Of a stretch of 64,000 nt of DNA, positions 10,476 through 18,638 are shown in pieces. The notes beneath the pieces were generated by a model. It ran no database searches. It saw only the letters and a program-made list of their open reading frames with translations, and was not told where the DNA came from. How positions within the stretch are numbered: the stretch's first letter is position 1; every line of letters starts with the position of its first letter. A program made the position numbers and the translations under genes. Source of the DNA: Bacteroidia bacterium (GTDB taxonomy: Bacteria; Bacteroidota; Bacteroidia; M30B66); NCBI GenBank assembly GCA_965279035.1, contig OZ257142.1, forward strand, positions 64,001 to 128,000. The letters run 5' to 3'.

Positions 10476-11363
10476 ATGGCCAATCTTAAAGAAGTCCGTA
10501 ACCGGATTGTTTCGGTAACTTCCACGATGCAGATTACGAGTGCCATGAAAATGGTATCGGCTGCAAAGTTACGCCGGGCGCAAGATGCTATTGTGCAGAT
10601 GCGTCCGTATGCGGAGAAGCTGAAAGATATCCTGGGTAACCTCAGCGGAAGTGTTGACGCAAGTGAAGGCGGCGCATATTCTGTTGAGCGTGATCCGAAA
10701 AAAGTTCTGATCATTTTGATCACGTCGAATCGTGGTTTGGCTGGAGCATTTAATACGAACGTATTGAAGATTGCTCGTCAGTTGATCACCGGTAAATATG
10801 CTGCTCAATTTGCTGCAGGAAACGTATCGTTTCTATGTATCGGAAAGAAAGCAAGCGATTACGTAACACGTAATAAATTCAACTTATATAGTTCGCACAA
10901 CGAATTATTCGAACGTTTAACATTCGATCGTGTATCGCCTGTTGCACAACGTGTAATGGATGCATTTGAGAATAAAGAATTTGATCGTGTTGAATTGGCT
11001 TATAATCGTTTCCGTAATGCAGCGGTTCAAGTTCCTACAGAAGAGCAATATTTACCTGTTGTTCGCACAGAGGATGCTGGAACTAACAAAAAGAACGCAG
11101 CTATCGATTATATTTTCGAGCCAGATAAAGCGACTATTGTTAACGAGTTGATTCCGAAATCGTTGAAGATTCAAATCTATAAAGCCATCCTCGACTCACA
11201 CGCAGCTGAGCATGGTGCACGTATGACGGCGATGAACAAAGCAACTGACAACGCACGTGATTTGATCAAAGAATTGAAATTGAGCTACAACAAAGCACGT
11301 CAAGCGGCTATTACCAACGAAATCTTGGAGATTGTTGGTGGAGCAGAAGCGCTGAACGGCTAA
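10476..11363 (+). CDS. atpG: ATP synthase F1 subunit gamma
   Basis: ITSAMKMVSAAK, NKARQAAITNEILEI. Confidence 0.98.
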   Translation: MANLKEVRNRIVSVTSTMQITSAMKMVSAAKLRRAQDAIVQMRPYAEKLKDILGNLSGSVDASEGGAYSVERDPKKVLIILITSNRGLAGAFNTNVLKIARQLITGKYAAQFAAGNVSFLCIGKKASDYVTRNKFNLYSSHNELFERLTFDRVSPVAQRVMDAFENKEFDRVELAYNRFRNAAVQVPTEEQYLPVVRTEDAGTNKKNAAIDYIFEPDKATIVNELIPKSLKIQIYKAILDSHAAEHGARMTAMNKATDNARDLIKELKLSYNKARQAAITNEILEIVGGAEALNG

Positions 11364-11386
11364 GCATCAATCAAAACTAAATTGAG

Positions 11387-11419
11387 AACGCATCTTCTGA
11401 AAAGGGGATGCGTTTTTTT
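11387..11419 (+). terminator. Intrinsic terminator of the atp operon
   Basis: aacgcatcttc...ggggatgcgtt followed by a T tract. Confidence 0.75.
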
Positions 11420-11894
11420 ATTGGGGTTTTAGCTTTTGAATTCGGGTTAAATATTCTAAGTCTATTTGGTCTTTGCTACGATTTGTTGCTTTCTTGGCAA
11501 TTATCAAATGATTGAGATGAAGAAATCTAACGTGAAGTTCATCATTGAACTCAATAATTGAGGCGCTTTTATAACACTCATCGAAAGTCGAGTCTTCCAA
11601 TCCAAGAATTTGAGTCATAAAGTCTATTTCGATTCCGGCTGCATAGAAGCTAGTCCAGCCGGGAATGAATTGCATTGTTTCAATCTCTTCAAAATCTCCG
11701 TATCCTAGTTGAAAGAAAGCACTTCTCAAATTCTTTCGATTTATGAGCGTATCCTCTATCCAAACATCTAAGTCGTCGGTGCTGCGATTATATCCATGAA
11801 ATCTGACTGCTACCCCACCGACCAAAATATATCGAACATTGAAATGATTGAGAGTGCTCCAGAAATCCAAAAGCCCTTGATCCATCGCATCCAT
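11418..11894 (-). CDS. Minimal nucleotidyltransferase-fold protein (DUF6036-like), candidate toxin-antitoxin component
   Basis: YILVGGVAVRFHG, RSTDDLD, K...RSKDQIDLE motifs. Confidence 0.75.
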   Translation of the reverse strand: MDAMDQGLLDFWSTLNHFNVRYILVGGVAVRFHGYNRSTDDLDVWIEDTLINRKNLRSAFFQLGYGDFEEIETMQFIPGWTSFYAAGIEIDFMTQILGLEDSTFDECYKSASIIEFNDELHVRFLHLNHLIIAKKATNRSKDQIDLEYLTRIQKLKPQ

Positions 11895-11901
11895 AGCCCT
11901 G

Positions 11902-12111
11902 TTACTTTTTAATAAGAGCTTTCTTAAACATACGCTCTCTCCGAATCATTTGTGTAAATAACATAAGCTTTTCTAAGGGCGGGCGATTCATATCACGGAG
12001 TAGGCGATCATCTTCTGATTCATGAACAAATCCTGCACGCTTTGAGTTATCAGGATTGTAGGGAACCTGAAAATCATTTGCCTGATTGCTTGATGTTGGA
12101 TCGTCGAACAT
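11902..12111 (-). CDS. Small hypothetical protein co-transcribed with the nucleotidyltransferase
   Basis: 69-aa ORF from ATG 12111, ending 7 nt before the NTase start. Confidence 0.6.
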   Translation of the reverse strand: MFDDPTSSNQANDFQVPYNPDNSKRAGFVHESEDDRLLRDMNRPPLEKLMLFTQMIRRERMFKKALIKK

Positions 12112-12200
12112 GATGGTACAAATTACGAAATAATATGTACTTAAACGAATTAGTGGGTTTCTCATTAGAAGAGAAATCGAACTAGATTAGAAAAAGCACG

Positions 12201-12258
12201 TTGACCTCACCCCTTACCTTCTCTGCCTCATAGTGCTCCCTTTGGGAAGGAGAGGGGA
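12201..12258 (+). repeat. Degenerate intergenic copy of the palindromic repeat found in leuS
   Basis: ttgacctcacccctta-ccttctct-[24-nt expanded loop]-ggagagggga matches tgacctcacccctag-cccctctcc-gcg-ggagagggg at 16101. Confidence 0.75.
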
Positions 12259-12337
12259 AGGATTCTCTGATGATTTTTTGAATGCGACGAATAAACTTTA
12301 TATCGTAGTGTTAACTAAATATTCATTCTTAGAAAAA

Positions 12338-12403
12338 GCGGCAACGATTGAGTGGATTGCCCGGACGAAGGAGGACAAGGAGCGAAAGCGTGTTCGTCCG
12401 CCC
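12338..12403 (-). ncRNA. Flavo-1-like structured element (divergent variant) just downstream of truB
   Basis: Minus strand GGGCGG-ACGAA...TTCGT-CCGGGCAATCCACTCAATCGTTGCCGC; same terminal architecture as the 47179-47272 element. Confidence 0.4.
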
Positions 12404-12409
12404 AAAAAA

Positions 12410-13114
12410 CTATACTTCTGTTGTTCGGATTTCGGCTGTAAACTGCTCTATTGTCTGAGCATTTTCTATATCATGTGGGCCAATAGCCGTGCGGCAAAGT
12501 TTGGATAGATATGCACCTGATTGGAGCGCTAGTCCAAAGTCGCGGGCGAGAGATCGGATATAGGTTCCTTTGGTACATTCTACCCGGAAATCGACTTCGG
12601 GTAAGGCAATTCGGGTGATTTCGAATGCGGTGATTTCGATGCTGGAAGTTTTCATCTTCACATCTTTCCCAGCGCGAGCTAATTCATAAGCACGTTCGCC
12701 ATCGATTTTCTTTGCAGAGAAAACTGGAGGTTCTTGGTCGTGTATGCCGATGAAGTTTTTTGCTACTTCATGGATCATTTCCTCCGTAATGTGGGATGTG
12801 GGAAAATGTTGATCTACTTCCTTTTCTAAATCGAAGGAAACGGTAGTCCCGCCGAGCGTAAACGTGCCAGTATATGTTTTAGGTAAGCCCTGAAATGTGT
12901 CGATTTGCTTGGTGAATTTGCCGGTGCAAATTAGCATCAAGCCAGTAGCCAATGGATCGAGTGTGCCAGCATGTCCAACTTTTATCGACATCCGTTTTAG
13001 CTTATAATGCTTTTCGATGGCAAAACGAACTTTATTAACGAGGTCGAAAGAAGTCCAGCCGAGTGGTTTATCGAAAAGAAGAAGTTTCCCAGCGTGGAAA
13101 GGGGATTCGCTCAT
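12410..13114 (-). CDS. truB: tRNA pseudouridine(55) synthase
   Basis: [37 protein letters not shown]; start ATG 13114 overlaps the uppP stop. Confidence 0.95.
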   Translation of the reverse strand: MSESPFHAGKLLLFDKPLGWTSFDLVNKVRFAIEKHYKLKRMSIKVGHAGTLDPLATGLMLICTGKFTKQIDTFQGLPKTYTGTFTLGGTTVSFDLEKEVDQHFPTSHITEEMIHEVAKNFIGIHDQEPPVFSAKKIDGERAYELARAGKDVKMKTSSIEITAFEITRIALPEVDFRVECTKGTYIRSLARDFGLALQSGAYLSKLCRTAIGPHDIENAQTIEQFTAEIRTTEV

Positions 13115-13902
13115 ACAACAGAAAGATTGACTCCTGCAGCGAGCAGAATTAGAATGATAGCGCCCACTACAATGCGATACCAACCAAAAAGACGAAATCC
13201 GTGTTTAGTTAGGAACCCGATAAAGAAGCGGATAGCCAATAAAGCAACGATGAATGCTACCACATTCCCGAAAAGAAGAATGCTCAAATTATCGGTTATG
13301 ACAGTTGGATCGCCTTTGAGGAAAACCTTGAGCAGTTTATATCCGGATGCTGCAGCCATGGTAGGAACTGCAAGGAAAAAAGAAAATTCTGCGGCTGTTT
13401 TACGCGAAAGTCCTTGAGTCATTCCTCCAATGATAGTTGCCGCCGAACGCGAAACCCCTGGAATTAGAGCAATACACTGGAAAAGCCCAATAAATAATGC
13501 TGATTGATTGGTGACTTGTGTAGGTGAATCTTCGGTTTTAAACCAGTTATCGACGAACAGTAAAGCAACACCACCAATTAAAAGGGTGATTCCTACAACT
13601 AATGGACTTTCGAGCATGAAATCGATGGCATCACCTGCCAATAATCCAATGATTGCAGCGGGGAAAAATGCGATTCCTAGTTTGATGTAAAAAGGAATGT
13701 CTTGAAGAAAACGTTTCCAATAAAGAAGGAGAACCGAGAGAATGGCTCCAAACTGAATGTTTACGGTAAAGAGCTTCACGAATTCGTCGGAATCCATGCC
13801 GAGCAAAGCCTGAGTAATGACCATGTGACCAGTAGAGGACACGGGTAAAAACTCAGTTAGTCCTTCCACCACCGCGATGATGAAGGCTTCCAGAATAGTC
13901 AT
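13111..13902 (-). CDS. uppP: Undecaprenyl-diphosphate phosphatase
   Basis: [34 protein letters not shown]. Confidence 0.95.
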   Translation of the reverse strand: MTILEAFIIAVVEGLTEFLPVSSTGHMVITQALLGMDSDEFVKLFTVNIQFGAILSVLLLYWKRFLQDIPFYIKLGIAFFPAAIIGLLAGDAIDFMLESPLVVGITLLIGGVALLFVDNWFKTEDSPTQVTNQSALFIGLFQCIALIPGVSRSAATIIGGMTQGLSRKTAAEFSFFLAVPTMAAASGYKLLKVFLKGDPTVITDNLSILLFGNVVAFIVALLAIRFFIGFLTKHGFRLFGWYRIVVGAIILILLAAGVNLSVV

Positions 13903-13908
13903 CCGGAA

Positions 13909-14154
13909 TTAGTTTTTGGGTTTGTAGAGAATAGCGAACACTTCGATTGCAAAACCAATCAGAACTACGATTGGTGCAACAGTGATACGTTGTGTATTAA
14001 AAATTTCGGGGTTAAAGACATTAGGATCTTTAGAACCTCCGCCAACCATGAGCAGGAAACCAACGAGAATTACTAGAATTCCTGCAAGCATGATTTTATA
14101 ATTCATCGGGCTGAATGCAAACCCTTTCTGATTGTTGTCTTTTTCGGTGCTCAT
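13909..14154 (-). CDS. DUF3098 family membrane protein
   Basis: NYKIMLAG...GGGS.DP..FNPEIF...RITVAP; conserved ftsX-DUF3098-uppP-truB order. Confidence 0.85.
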   Translation of the reverse strand: MSTEKDNNQKGFAFSPMNYKIMLAGILVILVGFLLMVGGGSKDPNVFNPEIFNTQRITVAPIVVLIGFAIEVFAILYKPKN

Positions 14155-14163
14155 CTGTAAGGC

Positions 14164-15039
14164 TTAATACAGTGAATCTGTTTTGAGATGCAAGTATTTT
14201 CGGACTGCAAAGAAAGTACAAATCCACGACAATCCGATACCTCCCAAAAGTATCCCTCCGGCTAAAATACCAAGTAAGTTAAAGTCGCGCAGAGGCTTGA
14301 GTTCAGGGATTTGTTGTTCTCCTAAATACAGCATTCCTGCTAATAAGTGAATGGCTAAAATTCCACCAGCAAAACCTTGAATGAAACTAGCTCGAAGAAA
14401 TGGTCCACGAATAAATCCTCGAGTGGCGCCAACAAGCTGCATGGTTCGAATGAGCAGTCGCTTGGAGTATATGGAAAGTCGGATAGTATTGTTAATTAGC
14501 GTTACCGCGATAAATGTTAGAATAGCTGAGAAAGCCAAGAAGAACCAACTCAATTTGCGCATATTATCGATGATTTGGTTGATTAGATTTCTAGGATAAT
14601 CAACCTGAGCAACAAGCGGATTTGTCAGCCATTCTTTTTCAATCTTTTGGAAATCACTTTCGTTCGTGAAATTCACTTTAAATCGCACATCGATTGAAGC
14701 AGGAAGCGGATTGTATCCAAGGAAATCGACAAATTCTTCCCCCAAATCTTTCTGAAATTCATCTGCAGCTTGAGCACGCGTGATAAAGGTGGTCGATTTT
14801 ACGTATGGTTGTGTATCAAGCTCTTGTTTGAATGCAAGGATTTGAGCATCGTCAACTGAATCGCGAAAGAAAACCGAAACCTGAAACGATTCCCGTGTGG
14901 TGTCGGAAAGTTTTTTGGCATCGACGAGGAGTAGTCCGAGCAAACCGAGCATGAACAATACCATGGCGATGCTCACCACAGAAGTGATGTAAGAGGCGCG
15001 AATTCGACGGCGGTTGAACTGATTTTCGTTACTGGACAT
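14164..15039 (-). CDS. ftsX: Cell division permease FtsX
   Basis: LGYNPLPASI, INNTIRLSIYSKRLLIRTMQLVGAT. Confidence 0.9.
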   Translation of the reverse strand: MSSNENQFNRRRIRASYITSVVSIAMVLFMLGLLGLLLVDAKKLSDTTRESFQVSVFFRDSVDDAQILAFKQELDTQPYVKSTTFITRAQAADEFQKDLGEEFVDFLGYNPLPASIDVRFKVNFTNESDFQKIEKEWLTNPLVAQVDYPRNLINQIIDNMRKLSWFFLAFSAILTFIAVTLINNTIRLSIYSKRLLIRTMQLVGATRGFIRGPFLRASFIQGFAGGILAIHLLAGMLYLGEQQIPELKPLRDFNLLGILAGGILLGGIGLSWICTFFAVRKYLHLKTDSLY

Positions 15040-15219
15040 GAACTTGGAAACAAAGGCCAAATATACAGATGCAAAAGGCGAACTGAATGGGTGTTTTGGT
15101 CATCTTTCAACAGGATGATGAACAGAAAATGTGGACAAGTGTGAGGAATTGAACTTGTAACAAAGATTCGCCTGTGCTTTTGTAACTTCGCCGCTTCATT
15201 AAAATACCCCGATTCCCTG

Positions 15220-18200
15220 ATGGAGCCGAATTTCCGCGCGATTGAAAAAAAGTGGCAACAAACCTGGAAAGATGAGAAGCGTTATAAGACGAACATCGAT
15301 CTTTCTAAGCCCAAGTATTATGTGCTCGATATGTTTCCTTACCCATCGGGTGCTGGATTACATGTTGGACATCCGCTCGGATATATCGCATCAGATATCG
15401 TTTCGCGTTACAAGCGTCTGAAAGGATTTAATGTATTGCACCCTATGGGCTTTGATGCCTTTGGTTTACCTGCTGAGCAGTATGCTATTCAAACAGGTCG
15501 ACACCCAGCCGATACGACTGCCGAAAACATTGCTCGCTATAAAGAACAGCTAGGAAACATTGGCTTTTGTTACGATTGGGACAGAGAAGTTATTACTTCA
15601 GATCCAAGCTATCACAAATGGACACAATGGATTTTTCTTCAATTGTTTGGATGTTGGTTCAATTTAGAAAGCCAGAAAGCAGAAGACATTTCCAAGCTTG
15701 AAGCATTGTTTGCCAAAGGAGGAAGTGCTGCTGCAAAAGGAGCTTGCGGAGAACATGCCCCATTTAGTGCTGCAGAATGGAATGCCATGAACGAAGCTGA
15801 TAAGCGTGGAATTTTAATGCAGTATCGTTTGGCTTACCAAGATTTTAGCACCGTGAACTGGTGTGAAGCTTTGGGAACTGTATTGGCAAATGATGAAGTG
15901 AAAGATGGCTTGAGTGAACGTGGCGGACATCCCGTTGAAAAACGTCGGATGCGTCAATGGTTTTTACGCATTACAGCCTATGCTGAACGATTACTCAACG
16001 ATTTGGAGACACTCGAGTGGACCGATTCGATGAAGGAAATGCAGCGTAACTGGATTGGGAAATCGGAAGGAGCAAGTATTCGTTTTGAAGTTGCATCCGA
16101 TGACCTCACCCCTAGCCCCTCTCCGCGGGAGAGGGGGATGGATTCCGGTGTTGTTTCAGAGCCCGGGGTTGAATACCATCATGCAAACTCAAGTCAATGG
16201 AAACTTTTAATTCCACGTGCTAAGGAGATGAGGTCGAATATGACTGAATCTGAAAAAGCACTTTGGGAAGCACTTAGGAATTCTGCGATTGGATTGAAAT
16301 TCAGAAGGCAACATATTATTGATCAATTCATTGTTGATTTTGTTTGTCTTTCAAAAATGCTCGTTGTTGAAATTGATGGTAAAATTCATGACAATCAGAA
16401 GGAGTATGATGAAGGTAGAACAGCTGAATTAAATCGTTTAGGATTTGAAGTGATTCGTTTTGAAAATGAGGAGCTTGCAGAAAATCTTAGTGTTGTAGTT
16501 GATAAAATAAAATCAATCTGCGAATCTCGCCCTACAAGTACAATTGGAAATGACGCAATTTCAGTTGTAGAAGAATCTCAAGAAGAATACACTGCATCTC
16601 TCCCCTCTCCCCGAGGAGAGGGGTCGGGGGTGAGGTCAACAATGACCGATAAAACCAAAGTATCCCAAAATAAAAACGCAATTGATAGCAATCTCGAAAA
16701 TTCTCTCCCCTCTCCTCGAGGAGAGGGGCCGGGGCTGAGGTCAAAACACATTATTGAAGTCTTCACCACTCGTCCCGATACTATTTTTGGTGTTAGCTTT
16801 TTAACCCTTGCGCCCGAGCATGAATTGGTGTCGGTAATTACTACTGACGCGCAACGCGATGCTGTAAATGCCTATGTTGAAGTAGCTAAAAATAGAAGTG
16901 AACGTGAACGCATGGCTGATGTAAAACGCATCAGCGGGGAATTCACCGGAGCGTATGTTCTTCATCCATTTACAGGAGCTAAAATTCCGGTTTGGGTGGG
17001 CGATTATGTGTTGGCAGGATATGGAACCGGAGCGGTGATGGCTGTTCCTGCTGGCGATCAACGCGACTGGGATTTTGCAAAACATTTCAACCTTCCTATT
17101 CCTGTAATAAACGAAGGCGTTGATATTTCGGAAGCTGCTAATCCTACCAAGGAAGCAAAGATGATAAATTCTGATTTCCTCAATGGATTAACTGGATACG
17201 AAGCCTTGAAGAAAGCCATTGCTATTATTGAGGAACGAGGATTTGGAAAAGGAAAAGTGAATTATCGCTTGCGAGATGCTGGATTTAGTCGCCAACGCTA
17301 TTGGGGAGAGCCTTTCCCTATTGTGTATCGCGATGGTGTTGCTTATCCGCTTGCTGAAAACGAATTGCCTTTGGAATTGCCTGTGATGGCCGATTTCAAA
17401 CCGACTGGACAGCCCGAAAGTCCTTTGACCAAAGTGCCAGAATGGGTGAATGTACCGTCTGGAACACGTGAAACGGATACTATGCCGGGTTATGCAGGTT
17501 CTTCTTGGTATTTCTTGCGTTATATGGATCCGCAAAACAACACACGTTTTGTAGGAAGAGAAGCGGAAGAATATTGGCAAGATGTGGATTTATACATTGG
17601 CGGAACAGAGCATGCTGTTGGACATTTATTGTATGCACGTTTCTGGCAAAAATTCTTGTTTGATCGTGGGGAAGTGAGTAAAAACGAGCCATTCCGCAAA
17701 TTGATTAATCAAGGGATGATTTTGGGGCGTTCGAATTTTGTTTATCAGATAGTAGGTACATCCAAGTTCATTTCGAAAGATATGCTCGACGAATTCAAGG
17801 ATGAAAAAATCCTGCAAACGCACGTGGATGTGAACATAGTGCAGAATGATTTATTGAACCTCAACTCATTTAAAGCTTGGCGAGATGAAAATGCTCAAGC
17901 TGAATTTGTCTTGAATGCAGAAGGCAATTATGTGTGCGGTGTCGAGGTCGAGAAAATGTCGAAGTCGAAGTACAATGTGGTAAATCCTGACGATATCATC
18001 AATGATTACGGTGCGGATACCTTGCGATTATATGAGATGTTTTTGGGACCATTGGAGCAATTCAAACCATGGAATACCAATGGAATTGAAGGTGTTTATC
18101 GCTTCTTGAAAAAGTTGTGGAATTTGTACTTCGATGTGAATGGGCAGGTGAAACTAAGTGATGAAGCGCCAACAGAATCGGAGTTGCGCACCCTACATAA

Positions 18201-18636
18201 AACCATTCGTAAAGTAGAAGAAGACATTGAAAAATTCTCCTTCAATACTTCGGTGAGTGTGTTTATGATTTGTGTAAATGAACTAAGCGAACAAAAGTGT
18301 CGCAAACGCTCGATCCTTAAGGATTTAAGTATCATTATCGCACCCTATGCTCCTCACATGGCTGAAGAGTTATGGCAAGCTTGCGGTGGAGCTGGATCGG
18401 TTGTAGATGCTCAATTTCCGAAATGGAATGAGAGTTTCATCAAAGAAAGCTCGATCGCTTATCCAGTTGCATTCAATGGAAAAGTACGTTACCAAATTCA
18501 GGTAGCTGCCGATATGCCACAGGCTGAAGTACAAGCCTTAGCTTTAAGTCACGAAGATGCGGCTAAATGGTTACCTGAAGGCGGACCTAAGAAAGTGATA
18601 GTTGTTCCAGGAAGAATGGTAAACGTGGTGATTTAA
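15220..18636 (+). CDS. leuS: Leucine--tRNA ligase carrying an in-frame ~214-aa endonuclease/repeat insertion
   Basis: [14 protein letters not shown] (HIGH), FTTRPDT and GTGAVMAVP editing motifs, KMSKS; 1138 aa, or 924 aa without the insert. Confidence 0.97.
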   Translation: MEPNFRAIEKKWQQTWKDEKRYKTNIDLSKPKYYVLDMFPYPSGAGLHVGHPLGYIASDIVSRYKRLKGFNVLHPMGFDAFGLPAEQYAIQTGRHPADTTAENIARYKEQLGNIGFCYDWDREVITSDPSYHKWTQWIFLQLFGCWFNLESQKAEDISKLEALFAKGGSAAAKGACGEHAPFSAAEWNAMNEADKRGILMQYRLAYQDFSTVNWCEALGTVLANDEVKDGLSERGGHPVEKRRMRQWFLRITAYAERLLNDLETLEWTDSMKEMQRNWIGKSEGASIRFEVASDDLTPSPSPRERGMDSGVVSEPGVEYHHANSSQWKLLIPRAKEMRSNMTESEKALWEALRNSAIGLKFRRQHIIDQFIVDFVCLSKMLVVEIDGKIHDNQKEYDEGRTAELNRLGFEVIRFENEELAENLSVVVDKIKSICESRPTSTIGNDAISVVEESQEEYTASLPSPRGEGSGVRSTMTDKTKVSQNKNAIDSNLENSLPSPRGEGPGLRSKHIIEVFTTRPDTIFGVSFLTLAPEHELVSVITTDAQRDAVNAYVEVAKNRSERERMADVKRISGEFTGAYVLHPFTGAKIPVWVGDYVLAGYGTGAVMAVPAGDQRDWDFAKHFNLPIPVINEGVDISEAANPTKEAKMINSDFLNGLTGYEALKKAIAIIEERGFGKGKVNYRLRDAGFSRQRYWGEPFPIVYRDGVAYPLAENELPLELPVMADFKPTGQPESPLTKVPEWVNVPSGTRETDTMPGYAGSSWYFLRYMDPQNNTRFVGREAEEYWQDVDLYIGGTEHAVGHLLYARFWQKFLFDRGEVSKNEPFRKLINQGMILGRSNFVYQIVGTSKFISKDMLDEFKDEKILQTHVDVNIVQNDLLNLNSFKAWRDENAQAEFVLNAEGNYVCGVEVEKMSKSKYNVVNPDDIINDYGADTLRLYEMFLGPLEQFKPWNTNGIEGVYRFLKKLWNLYFDVNGQVKLSDEAPTESELRTLHKTIRKVEEDIEKFSFNTSVSVFMICVNELSEQKCRKRSILKDLSIIIAPYAPHMAEELWQACGGAGSVVDAQFPKWNESFIKESSIAYPVAFNGKVRYQIQVAADMPQAEVQALALSHEDAAKWLPEGGPKKVIVVPGRMVNVVI
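16101..16137 (+). repeat. Palindromic repeat copy R1 (translated [12 protein letters not shown])
   Basis: tgacctcacccctag-cccctctcc-gcg-ggagagggg; perfect 9-bp stem. Confidence 0.9.
16201..16521 (+). other. DUF559 / Vsr-like PD-(D/E)xK endonuclease domain within LeuRS
   Basis: [13 protein letters not shown]...[15 protein letters not shown]...[10 protein letters not shown]...DEGRT..L...GFEVIRF.N. Confidence 0.9.
16597..16639 (-). repeat. Palindromic repeat copy R2, inverted relative to R1 (translated [14 protein letters not shown])
   Basis: tctctcccctctcc-ccga-ggagagggg-tcgggggtgaggtcaa. Confidence 0.9.
16702..16744 (-). repeat. Palindromic repeat copy R3, direct repeat of R2 (translated [14 protein letters not shown])
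   Basis: tctctcccctctcc-tcga-ggagagggg-ccggggctgaggtcaa; 40/43 identical to R2 and 105 nt downstream. Confidence 0.9.
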
Positions 18637-18638
18637 AC

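Larger units (their letters stand above)
16101..16744 (+). mobile_element. Repeat-bracketed DUF559 (Vsr-like) endonuclease cassette inserted in frame in leuS
   Basis: Ends tgacctca.../...tgaggtca are inverted repeats; internal [36 protein letters not shown] and GFEVIRF motifs; no stop codons. Confidence 0.8.

Noticed and set aside
6174-11363. Missing atpD/atpC as an incomplete ATP synthase
   Set aside because: A split atp operon is common in Bacteroidota; the genes are probably elsewhere
12233-12508. 91-aa ORF on the plus strand
   Set aside because: Runs through two repeat elements and antisense into truB; no protein-like features
16101-16744. Intein or group I intron explanation for the leuS insertion
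   Set aside because: There are no HINT blocks and no terminal His-Asn followed by Cys/Ser/Thr. There is no recognisable intron core, and the nuclease plus repeats fill almost the whole insert. RNA-level removal was not tested.
16101-16744. The three leuS repeats as a CRISPR array
   Set aside because: Mixed orientations, spacings of about 460 and 62 nt, location inside a CDS, and no cas genes
16532-16769. Antisense ORFs with repeated [14 protein letters not shown] peptides
   Set aside because: By-products of the palindromic repeats on the opposite strand of leuS
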